A DNA stretch of 64,000 nucleotides from Minisyncoccota bacterium. GTDB taxonomy: Bacteria; Patescibacteriota; Minisyncoccia; Phycocordibacterales; UBA2100. A program made the translations under genes and the position numbers. The notes under the pieces were generated by a model, which saw only the letters and a list, made by a program, of their open reading frames with translations, did not search any database and was not told where the DNA came from. The DNA lies in assembly GCA_035500505.1 (NCBI GenBank), contig DATJXE010000004.1, forward strand, positions 50,230-114,229, written 5' to 3'. Position 1 is the stretch's first letter. Every line of letters begins with the position of its first letter. Shown here one piece after another: positions 54,395 through 62,752 of the stretch.

Positions 54395-56170
54395 CTAGCT
54401 CTCTCTGACGACCTTGAGGAAGACATCGTGCGGGATGTCGACCTTGCCGCGCGCGAGCATTTTCTTCTTGCCGCGCTTTTGCTTTTCCAGAAGCTTCATC
54501 TTGCGGGTGATGTCGCCACCGTAGAGGTAGCCGGTGACGTCCTTGCGCATCGCGCTTTTGCGACGCGACGCGATGATGCGACCATTGGCCTTCGCCTGGA
54601 TCTTCAGTTCGAACAATTGCTTCGGCAATAACTTCTCCAGTTTCTCCACGAGCTGTTCGGCCTCGAGTTGCACGCGACGTCTCGAAACAATGCGCGCGAA
54701 CGCCGGGACCGGCTCTTCCGCAACGAGAATGTCGAGCCGGACCACGTCGGCCTCGCGCAATCCGATAAGTTTGTAGCCGAGCGATCCGAATCCGGACGAA
54801 ACGCTCTTCAGTTTGTCGAAAAATCCGCGCATCAGTTCGCGCAGCGGCATTTCGGCCCGGAGTTCCACCTTGCCATCGGGCATCGTCACGGTGTTCCCCG
54901 TCTTCGCCTCGTGGTCATACAGGAGCTGCGAGATGCTACCCATGTACTCGCTCGGGGTGATGAGCGTGATATCGGCCCATAGCTCGCGTACCAATTTTGC
55001 CGTGCCGTCGTCGGGAAATTTGGCGGGAGAATAGATCTCTTCCACTGTCCCGTTCATCGTGGTTATTTCATAGACCGTGGTCGGCTGTGTTACCACCAGC
55101 TTCATATCGAACTCGCGACGCAAACGTTCGATGATTATCTCCAAGTGGAGCATGCCCAAAAACCCGCAGCGGAACCCGCGACCCATGATGCCGGAGGATT
55201 CTTCTTCGAATGAAAGCGAAGAGTCGGAAAGGCGCAGTTTGCCGAGCGCTTGGCGCAAGAGTGGCAGGTCATCTTGCGATTCCGGGTAGACGCTCGCCCA
55301 AATGACCGGCGTCGGGGCCATGTAGCCGCCGAGCGCCGACGCAGGTCGCTTCGCGTTGGCCACGGTGTCTCCTACGGAAGCGATGCCCGGCTTCTTAACG
55401 CCCGTCACGATGTAACCGATCTCCCCTTCCGTCAATTTCTCTGCGGGCTGCTCGTCCGGTGAAAGGGTTCCCACTTCAAGCGCCAGGAAATCCGCGTCTG
55501 CCGCGACGAAGCGGAGCGTATCGCCTTTCGCGAACGTCCCGCCGAATACGCGCAAATACACGATGATGCCGCGGTGATCGGAATAGCCGAAATCGAATAT
55601 GAGTCCTTGCGTGGCGTCGGTGTGCGAGGGCGGTGGAACGAGCTCGACCACGCGGTCGAGAAGTGCCGCGACTCCCTCGCCGGTCTTACCTGAAACACCG
55701 AGTATCGTCGACTCGTCGATCTCGAGGAGGAGCGCGAGTTCGCTCTTGATGTCGGCAACGCGGGCGTTCTTCGAGTCTATCTTCGACACGACCGGAATGA
55801 TGACGCGGTTGAGCGATCTCGCGACCTGCAGGACCGAAAGCGTTTGCGCCTGCACTCCTTGGGTCGCATCAACGAGGAGGATGACGCCTTCGACGGCCGT
55901 GAGCGCGCGGGACACTTCGTAGGCGAAATCGACGTGTCCGGGCGTATCGATAAGATTTAGTATGAAATCCTGCTCCTTGTAGTTCCAGCGCATTCGCACC
56001 GGCTGCATCTTGATAGTGATGCCGCGCTCGCGCTCGAGATCCATCCTGTCCAGCACCTGCTCCTGCATTCGTCGCGGTTCGATGGTGCCGGTCAGTTCAA
56101 GCATTCGGTCGGCAAGCGTGGATTTGCCATGGTCAATGTGGGCTATGATGGAAAAATTACGGATGTTCAT
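54395..56170 (-). CDS. lepA: Elongation factor 4
   Basis: NIRNFSIIAHIDHGKSTLADR, DTPGHVDF, GFLGMLH, YGGDITRK.KLLEKQK.GKK. Confidence 0.98.
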   Translation of the reverse strand: MNIRNFSIIAHIDHGKSTLADRMLELTGTIEPRRMQEQVLDRMDLERERGITIKMQPVRMRWNYKEQDFILNLIDTPGHVDFAYEVSRALTAVEGVILLVDATQGVQAQTLSVLQVARSLNRVIIPVVSKIDSKNARVADIKSELALLLEIDESTILGVSGKTGEGVAALLDRVVELVPPPSHTDATQGLIFDFGYSDHRGIIVYLRVFGGTFAKGDTLRFVAADADFLALEVGTLSPDEQPAEKLTEGEIGYIVTGVKKPGIASVGDTVANAKRPASALGGYMAPTPVIWASVYPESQDDLPLLRQALGKLRLSDSSLSFEEESSGIMGRGFRCGFLGMLHLEIIIERLRREFDMKLVVTQPTTVYEITTMNGTVEEIYSPAKFPDDGTAKLVRELWADITLITPSEYMGSISQLLYDHEAKTGNTVTMPDGKVELRAEMPLRELMRGFFDKLKSVSSGFGSLGYKLIGLREADVVRLDILVAEEPVPAFARIVSRRRVQLEAEQLVEKLEKLLPKQLFELKIQAKANGRIIASRRKSAMRKDVTGYLYGGDITRKMKLLEKQKRGKKKMLARGKVDIPHDVFLKVVRES

Positions 56171-56234
56171 AAGGACGCTTGTCCCGCCAGGGCGGGATTC
56201 ACCTCAAAAATCTAGCATTTTGGAGGCCCAAAGA

Positions 56235-57959
56235 CTACTTCACGTCGGAAGGCTCGATGGCAACGATCGCCGGCGCGTCGACGAACCTGCGCCTGAGCGC
56301 GCCCAGGACCTCCGAGAGTTCCCTGCTCTTCAAGAGCCGCAGCATGAAGACCGAGACCGCAATGCCGACGATGCCGGCCCCGGCGCCCTGCGCAAAAATA
56401 CCGAGGGTCGTGTTGATGGTGCCCACCTGCCCCGTCGCGGAAAGAATGATGTACGAAGCCGCTCCGCCTATCACGGAAGCCGCGAAGCTCTCGAAAAAGA
56501 GGCGTTGGAACGCGGCGCGGGAAACGGAAAAATCGTTGAGGAAAAAGGAGTAGCCGACGAAAAATTCTGCTATAGAACCGAGCGCGTACCCCAACGCGAG
56601 CATCAGAACACTGGTGCCGCTTATGTCGCTCACGCGCAAAAGCGCTTCCACGAAATTCCTGAAGAACAGGTTCTCGTGGAAAACGGCGAGGAGCGCGAAC
56701 GCGGAGATGACCGAAACCGCGATGTCAAAGAGCCCGAAATAGAAGGGTTTTTTGGTGTTGCCGATCGCATAGTAAGCGCGCGAGATAAGGAACGTTGCCG
56801 ATTGGGCCAAAAGCGAGAGAACGAAGAGCGCGAGCGCGGCCGCGGTGAGACGCGTCGCGCTCCAGTCGAATTGCCCAGCGCCGAGGATGGTGCGCACGAT
56901 CTGTGCGCGCAGGACAATGACGAAAACGGTGCAGGGCACCGACCAGAAGATGATGTGCCGGAGCGCGGCCTCGGCGTAGCGGGTGAATTCTTCTTTGGCC
57001 CCCTTTGCATAGAGACGCGCGAACGTCGGGAACGCGGCGACCGAATACGAAATGCCGATGATGGTCAAAGGGACCGACTGCAGGTTGTAAGAAAAGTTGA
57101 ACACCGCGATCGAGCCCGGCGCCAAGAAGGACGCGAGCGCGATGATGATGAGGAGCGATATCTGATTGGACGCGAGCGCGAGCGTGCGCGGGATGGAGAG
57201 TGCCAGGATCTCTTTCGTCAGCGAAACGAGCCGCGGCAACTCCACGCGCCCTTCGCCTTTTTCGCCGAAAAAGAACGGCAACTGCACCGCCATGTGGAGG
57301 AAAGCGCCGAAGACGACGCCGAGCCCCAGCCCCGCAATGCCGAAGCGCGGGTACAGCGCGACCGCGCCGAAGATGATGCCGAGGTTATAGAGGAGCGGCG
57401 AAATGGAGTAGAGAAGGAATCGATGCCGCAGCTGCGTGAGCGACGAGATGGTGTTAGAGATGCCCAAGAGGATCGGCTGGAGAAGGAGGATGCGAATGAG
57501 CAGAACGAGGTCGGTGCGCGATGCCGCGTCAGAAAGCCCCGGTGCGATGACAGGCAACAAAAGCGGCGCGAGCGCATAGGCGACCAGCGAGAAGAACGTC
57601 ATGCCCAGCAGAAAGACGAACGTGAGGTCGCGCAAGAACGAGATCATGAGGCCCTTCCGTTCTTCCTCAAGTCGGGAGAGAATGGGCAAAAGCGCGTAGA
57701 GCGAGAAGAGCGACGCGATGGTGGCGAAGAGAAAATCCGGCACGCGGAAGGCTGCGTAGTAAAGATCGAGCGTGTGCCCCGCGCCGAACGACGCGGCCAA
57801 TATCCTGTCGCGCAGGAGGCCGATCACCTGCGATGCGAACGCGAAGGCAGCGAGAAGGTACGCAGCCTCGTGCATGCCGCGAGTCTCGGATGCAAAAAAG
57901 CGCCACGCGCGGGAGGTAAGGTAGGCGCCGCTGTTTCGGACTCGTTCGAATGGCGACAT
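56235..57959 (-). CDS. murJ: Lipid II flippase MurJ/MviN
   Basis: GLLRDR.LA..FGAG, YYAAFRVPD, P.LYNLGII, RAYYA. Confidence 0.88.
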   Translation of the reverse strand: MSPFERVRNSGAYLTSRAWRFFASETRGMHEAAYLLAAFAFASQVIGLLRDRILAASFGAGHTLDLYYAAFRVPDFLFATIASLFSLYALLPILSRLEEERKGLMISFLRDLTFVFLLGMTFFSLVAYALAPLLLPVIAPGLSDAASRTDLVLLIRILLLQPILLGISNTISSLTQLRHRFLLYSISPLLYNLGIIFGAVALYPRFGIAGLGLGVVFGAFLHMAVQLPFFFGEKGEGRVELPRLVSLTKEILALSIPRTLALASNQISLLIIIALASFLAPGSIAVFNFSYNLQSVPLTIIGISYSVAAFPTFARLYAKGAKEEFTRYAEAALRHIIFWSVPCTVFVIVLRAQIVRTILGAGQFDWSATRLTAAALALFVLSLLAQSATFLISRAYYAIGNTKKPFYFGLFDIAVSVISAFALLAVFHENLFFRNFVEALLRVSDISGTSVLMLALGYALGSIAEFFVGYSFFLNDFSVSRAAFQRLFFESFAASVIGGAASYIILSATGQVGTINTTLGIFAQGAGAGIVGIAVSVFMLRLLKSRELSEVLGALRRRFVDAPAIVAIEPSDVK

Positions 57960-57974
57960 GGTGAGCCGAGTATA

Positions 57975-58006
57975 CAGCAAAATGGCCCCGAGGGGCCATT
58001 TTGCTG
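57975..58006. repeat. 15-bp-stem palindrome between rnpB and murJ
   Basis: CAGCAAAATGGCCCC-GA-GGGGCCATTTTGCTG. Confidence 0.7.
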
Positions 58007-58084
58007 CGCCCATACTCGCTACACTCGTTTCGACTTGCTCATTCGGAAACGAAAAAGCGAAGCTTTTTCGCTTCGCTCATTTCG

Positions 58085-58420
58085 CTGCGTCGATAAGCCG
58101 GATTCTGTCGAGGGCAGCCATGTATCTGGGATGGTCGTTGCCGACCACCTCAAGCGACACTTTCGTGAGGCCCAATTGGTTCCCCACGAACACGGCCTTG
58201 CACGCGGGTAGGATTTTTGCCGTTGCACCTCCGAGTTACCTTCGGAGCTGTTCTGCGCAAGGTTGAACCTTGCTCAGAACCCCTTACCTCTCGGCTCGGG
58301 CGTCTCTGTTCGCATCCCTATCCTCGCGGACGGCGGGCGTTACCCGCTACCTTCTTAACATCTCGCGATGTGCGTGTCCGGACTTTCCTCCGCGTTTGAC
58401 GCGGCGACTGCCTGGCGCAG
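58085..58420 (-). ncRNA. rnpB: RNase P RNA
   Basis: Minus strand GAGGAAAGTCCGG near the 5' end, ACAGAATCCGGCTTA near the 3' end, P1 CTGCG/CGCAG; ends approximate. Confidence 0.93.
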
Positions 58421-58446
58421 ACAGATAAAATACCACGCGCCAGAGG

Positions 58447-58932
58447 TTATGGCAACGTCGCCGTATCCCCCACTTTGATCCCATAGGTGGCCGCAAAGTT
58501 CGCCGGCACTTCGAGCACGTAGCGCGAAGGAGCATCAGGCCCGAAGGCTTCCGGGTAGGTGTCTGGCGAAACATGTGGCTGGATGTAGATGACGGTGCCG
58601 TCCTGTGAGAGCCATATCATGTCTATCGAAAACTCCATGTCTTTCATCCAGAACATGTGCTGCGCATTACTCGGGAAGATGAACAGCATGCCGGCGTGGT
58701 CTGCCAGCCCCGCGCGACCGCCGAGGCCGAGTTCCTGTTGTGCGGGGGTTTCTTCGAGTTCGACGGAGATCGTTTGCCCGTCGATCATGACAACGGGTCG
58801 TTGCGTTGCCGCAGGTGCGGGAGCACTCGCCTGAGGCAGGTTGTACCAAACTTCAAAACCGACCGCCGCTATAATGACGACCGCGAGAAGCACGAGCGCG
58901 TTCTTGTTGTGCTTTCTATTCGTTTCCGACAT
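58447..58932 (-). CDS. DUF192 family protein
   Basis: GL.GR, GMLFIF, FWMKDM.FSIDMIW, YVLEV. Confidence 0.92.
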   Translation of the reverse strand: MSETNRKHNKNALVLLAVVIIAAVGFEVWYNLPQASAPAPAATQRPVVMIDGQTISVELEETPAQQELGLGGRAGLADHAGMLFIFPSNAQHMFWMKDMEFSIDMIWLSQDGTVIYIQPHVSPDTYPEAFGPDAPSRYVLEVPANFAATYGIKVGDTATLP

Positions 58933-59383
58933 AAGAACCGGGACCCTGGGTGTTGTAAGAATTTTGGACGAAAAGCACGGAGGTATACAGCAATATCAAC
59001 GCCATCACGAGGAACGACACGAGCCAGTAGAACGCGTCGATGAGGTAGAGACGTACGGGCTTTTGGTCCCATAAAACCTGCCCCAGGAGCGTCGGCGCGC
59101 AAAATCCTACCCAACACCAAAGGCCGAGCTCAAGCGCGCCCGCCCAATCGTACACTTGTCGGGCGATGCCGAAATACGCCATCACATATGCGACGAGCAT
59201 GCTCGCGAGAAGCCCGAACAACGCGACGACCCACAGCCTTTTTTTGCCGAGTTCGATCTGCTCCGGCGAGAGATTCGTAAGCCGCATCCACGTTCCTCCG
59301 AATACGCGGGGACTGTACCACACCCACCCGATGAGAACCGACGCTACTCCTGCCAGCAAGATGGGCACAAAGGCGACGATCAT
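58916..59383 (-). CDS. DUF1761 family membrane protein
   Basis: G.VWYSP..FG..WM, W.GF..P, YLIDAFY. Confidence 0.85.
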   Translation of the reverse strand: MIVAFVPILLAGVASVLIGWVWYSPRVFGGTWMRLTNLSPEQIELGKKRLWVVALFGLLASMLVAYVMAYFGIARQVYDWAGALELGLWCWVGFCAPTLLGQVLWDQKPVRLYLIDAFYWLVSFLVMALILLYTSVLFVQNSYNTQGPGSYVGNE

Positions 59384-59598
59384 GCGAGTATGATACCGCA
59401 CGCGCGCGGCCCGCGCAGGCATGGTATGCACAGGCGGAGTATCTCCACCGGTCCAAAACTATCGTGCTAGCATCAGGTATGAAATTGCGGGTCATTACGG
59501 GAAAAAAGCTCTCTAAAGCTCGAAGAAAACACATCGCTGCTCACAAAAGGCCACACGAAAGCCAGATAAAATCCTGATAAAGTGCCGATGCGAAGATC

Positions 59599-60285
59599 AT
59601 GAATATGCGCGTACTCATCGTCGAAGATGAAAAGAGAATAGCGGACTTTCTCAAAGAATCGCTTGAGGCGGAATATTTCGCCGTGGACGTCGTCGATGAC
59701 GGCGACAAGGGTGCCTATTATGCGCAAATAAACGACTACGATCTCATCATCCTCGACATCATGTTGCCCAAGAAGGACGGATTTGAGGTCCTGCACGAAC
59801 TGCGGAGCGTCGGCATCACGATCCCCATCCTGGTACTCTCGGTCAAGAGCGAAACGGTCAAGAAAGTCGACTTCCTCAACGCGGGGGCCGATGATTACCT
59901 CACCAAGCCGTTCGTGTTGAGCGAACTCCTTGCTCGCATCCGAGCGCTTTTGCGGCGGCCGCAAAAGACCGAGGCTGAAGTATTCGCAGTGGGCGACCTA
60001 ACGCTGAACGTAAAGGCCGGAAAGGTCACGCGCGGCAAAAGGGATATATATCTTACGCGAAAAGAATTCATGCTTCTGCGCTACCTCATGCAGAATGAAG
60101 GCTCCATCATCTCGCGCGGCATGATACTCGAACACGTCTGGGACATGAGTGCCGACATCTTTTCAAACACGATAGAATCGCACATCTTGAGCCTCCGGAA
60201 GAAGCTCGGCGATACCGGCAAAACCCGCCTCATCCAGACTGTTCCTGGGCGAGGCTACAAGATAGAGGCCCCGCTTACTTCTTAG
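59599..60285 (+). CDS. OmpR/PhoB family response regulator
   Basis: LIVEDE, LDIMLP..DG, GADDYLTKPF, LT.KEF.LL, IQTVPGRGY. Confidence 0.95.
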   Translation: MNMRVLIVEDEKRIADFLKESLEAEYFAVDVVDDGDKGAYYAQINDYDLIILDIMLPKKDGFEVLHELRSVGITIPILVLSVKSETVKKVDFLNAGADDYLTKPFVLSELLARIRALLRRPQKTEAEVFAVGDLTLNVKAGKVTRGKRDIYLTRKEFMLLRYLMQNEGSIISRGMILEHVWDMSADIFSNTIESHILSLRKKLGDTGKTRLIQTVPGRGYKIEAPLTS

Positions 60286-60331
60286 CCTCCTTGTGCACCG
60301 TTTGCTTACGGCACCACTTGCAGTACTTCTT
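60275..60331 (-). pseudogene. Displaced 3' fragment of rpmG (att-like direct repeat)
   Basis: Encodes KKYCKWCRKQTVHKEAKK*, identical in protein to 61913-61969, with 7 synonymous nt differences. Confidence 0.9.
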
Positions 60332-60418
60332 AGTGCTACGTGCAGCAATACAAATGAGAAGACCACCGTACCGAGAGGCGCGATGGCTTCTCTAACGGTG
60401 GTCTCGTGTTCGCGGCGA

Positions 60419-60886
60419 CTACGTAATGCCCGCCGCCATTGCTTCAATCGCCATCGCCCCCGAGCGCATGCTGCCGGCGGAAATCTTCGATGGATCCCGC
60501 ATTGCCAGCGCGCCCATTTTCAGGAGTTCGACTAAGTCGGTCTTCGTGCAGTTTCCCGGCAATGTGACCGTGACGTTGCGCCGATCCATATTGATCCGAT
60601 CGGCGATCCGCTCCATCCCCGCCAAGGCGGATTGGAACAGGAGGAAGATGGCGACTTCACGTTCGTTGACACGTATGCCAAGAATGGCTCCGTCGCGGTA
60701 GATGACAGCGCCCTGCATGCCCCGCGGCGCTTCATCGCACACGACGGCGCCGAGATGATGTGCAATCGCCTCGTTGGTCATGGTGTCGTCGTGGAGCTGA
60801 AACCAGACCGCCGAATTGAGCAGGGTCTTGGTGCCAGGCATTTTGGGCGTTCTCTTGCCGGAGGCAGGAGTGGCTTGGGTCTGCAT
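60419..60886 (-). CDS. Hypothetical protein
   Basis: AAGGAG SD upstream; hairpin at 60360-60404 downstream. Confidence 0.65.
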   Translation of the reverse strand: MQTQATPASGKRTPKMPGTKTLLNSAVWFQLHDDTMTNEAIAHHLGAVVCDEAPRGMQGAVIYRDGAILGIRVNEREVAIFLLFQSALAGMERIADRINMDRRNVTVTLPGNCTKTDLVELLKMGALAMRDPSKISAGSMRSGAMAIEAMAAGIT

Positions 60887-61051
60887 GGTGTTTCTCCTTC
60901 GCAGTCTGGACCCTCTTGTCCGCGCGGCACTATGTCATAAAAGTGCACTGATAGCAACAGACAGCGTCAGTCGCATGCGAAGGAAAGATGAAATTATTTG
61001 AGGTCAACATTCCCGCAACGGACTCGACCAACGAAGAAAAACTTGAATAAC

Positions 61052-61081
61052 AAAAAAGGAGGCCCGCGTCGAGCGCGGGCC
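61052..61081 (-). terminator. Rho-independent terminator
   Basis: GGCCCGCG/CGCGGGCC stem with a U-tract on the minus strand. Confidence 0.65.
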
Positions 61082-61106
61082 GTTGATCGAAGAGCGAGCT
61101 GCGCCG

Positions 61107-61595
61107 TCAGTCGCTCTCGGGATCCCTGAAGTAGAACTCGACAATCGACATATATCGGTTATCGCGGAGCAGTTTCCGCGCGTCCTTGCGGCTCATGTCG
61201 CCGCACCCGACCGCGAGCATCGCCCCAGCGATTTCATCCACGTCGGGGAGGTAGCCGGAAAAACCGTATTCGTTCTCGTTGCCGCTGACCGCTCCGGCGT
61301 ATTTCTCCTCGCTTTCGTTCATGCTCTGGCGGCTGAGACGGTGTCCGAGATCGCGGAACTCGAACAGGCGGCGGCACTTCTCGCGGCTCAGCCGGTCGTA
61401 CTTCTCGCGCTTGTCGAGCTTCGGCACGTCGCCCACAAGCCCACCGGCAATCGGTGTGCCTTGATGAGACACGCAGAAATATGCGCCGTCACGGCCTTGC
61501 ATCCCCTCATAGTCCCTGAGCAGAGCTTGAACGACTCCGGCGACGTATGTCGCTCGGGACGCGAAGGTGAAATAGTCAGGTAATCGGTCGCTCAT
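61107..61595 (-). CDS. Hypothetical protein (possible GlcG/HbpS-like fold)
   Basis: GAGGGGAG SD; EK..RL...YAGAV....GFSG..DE pattern only weakly suggests the fold. Confidence 0.6.
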   Translation of the reverse strand: MSDRLPDYFTFASRATYVAGVVQALLRDYEGMQGRDGAYFCVSHQGTPIAGGLVGDVPKLDKREKYDRLSREKCRRLFEFRDLGHRLSRQSMNESEEKYAGAVSGNENEYGFSGYLPDVDEIAGAMLAVGCGDMSRKDARKLLRDNRYMSIVEFYFRDPESD

Positions 61596-61912
61596 GGTGA
61601 ACTCCCCTCATTGCATCACGTAGCCACTGCCATACTTACAGGGCGTACCGTCAGACCTGTCGTGCTTCACGAATCTCAGGCCTGCCTTGTTGCTGCCATA
61701 AGCCAGGGATTCGGCAGATACATTTGGATCCTCCGCGACGTTTTGTTCGGTCTTGCAGAAAGGACAGATTTCTTTGCCCTCGCGCATGGTGTAAACTCCT
61801 CTGTTTCGCGGCCTGCAAAATAACTATTCCAGCGAGTATTGTCAATTAGATGAGGCGAATCGCACAATGTGTGTTGTGCGAGCGAGATCTCGCTCATTCG
61901 AGCGAGACGGTT

Positions 61913-62071
61913 TTACTTTTTAGCCTCCTTGTGTACGGTCTGTTTCCTGCACCACTTGCAGTACTTCTTGAGTTCAATTTTGCGCTCGACGAGCTTGCGG
62001 TTCTTGCGCGACCAATAGTTGATGCGGCCGCACTTTGAGCAAGCAAGTTTTATGAGTTGATCTTGTGACAT
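61913..62071 (-). CDS. rpmG: 50S ribosomal protein L33 (Zn-ribbon form)
   Basis: IKLACSKC...NYW.RKN...ELKKYCKWCRK.T.HKE. Confidence 0.96.
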   Translation of the reverse strand: MSQDQLIKLACSKCGRINYWSRKNRKLVERKIELKKYCKWCRKQTVHKEAKK

Positions 62072-62140
62072 AGGAATATATCGCGCCCGCCTCTTCGGCG
62101 GGCAAGGCACTATAACGCACAGGAGCTTGATGGTCAAACC

Positions 62141-62542
62141 TCACGGCTGCGAACACAACGTGTTCCAGGACGCGTTCGTGGTGAGCGCTGCCATGATGAC
62201 GCTCACGATGATCCAGGCGGTGAGGATAAGCACGAGTCCGATGGTGACGTTCCAGAATATCTTCTTTGCCTGCGAAACCTGCGCCGTATTACCCGAAGAA
62301 GAACCGATGATCATGTTCCACCCTGCCCAAGCAAAGAGGATGGCCGAAAGGAAGATGGCGATGTAGATGCCGTCGGTGAGCGCATTCTGGGCAAGCTGCG
62401 CGAGATCGCAGATAGACTGGCAGCCGCCCGCCCCTTTGCAGCTGTCCGGAACGATGGAAACGAGCCCAAGCGCGGAGGAGAGGGTCGGCGCGAGCGTGAG
62501 CAACGTGAGAAGAGCGACGATCGCGAATCTTCGCTTTACCAT
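62141..62542 (-). CDS. CPR-type pilin (TrbC/VirB2-like)
   Basis: Signal peptide, C..C..C, two TMs flanking G......AKKIF..V.IGL. Confidence 0.75.
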   Translation of the reverse strand: MVKRRFAIVALLTLLTLAPTLSSALGLVSIVPDSCKGAGGCQSICDLAQLAQNALTDGIYIAIFLSAILFAWAGWNMIIGSSSGNTAQVSQAKKIFWNVTIGLVLILTAWIIVSVIMAALTTNASWNTLCSQP

Positions 62543-62593
62543 GGCGAATATTGTAGCACGCGCGAAAGTACGGCATACTGCTCATGTTCCCAC

Positions 62594-62676
62594 GCGTCGG
62601 TGGCGGAGTGGTCAAACGCACTTGGCTGTAAACCAAGCGCCTTCGGGCTACGCAGGTTCGAATCCTGCCCGGCGCA
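62594..62676 (+). tRNA. tRNA-Tyr(GTA)
   Basis: CTTGG-CTGTAAA-CCAAG, long variable arm, GGTTCGAATCC. Confidence 0.93.
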
Positions 62677-62752
62677 CAAAACAAAGGAGACCGACGCATG
62701 CCGTCGGACGACTATTGTTTTGCAGCTGCCGGCTTGGCCGAATCCTCACCCT

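Larger units (their letters stand above)
60332..61912. mobile_element. Putative integrated island remnant in rpmG
   Basis: Bounded by the rpmG 3' duplication; no integrase visible. Confidence 0.6.

Noticed and set aside
59599-60285. Orphan response regulator without a kinase
   Set aside because: Common arrangement; the partner may be encoded elsewhere
62677-62722. Hairpin after tRNA-Tyr as an att site or a copy of the 110-bp repeat
   Set aside because: No tRNA 3' duplication and no shared core; best explained as a terminator between convergent tRNA-Tyr and clpB
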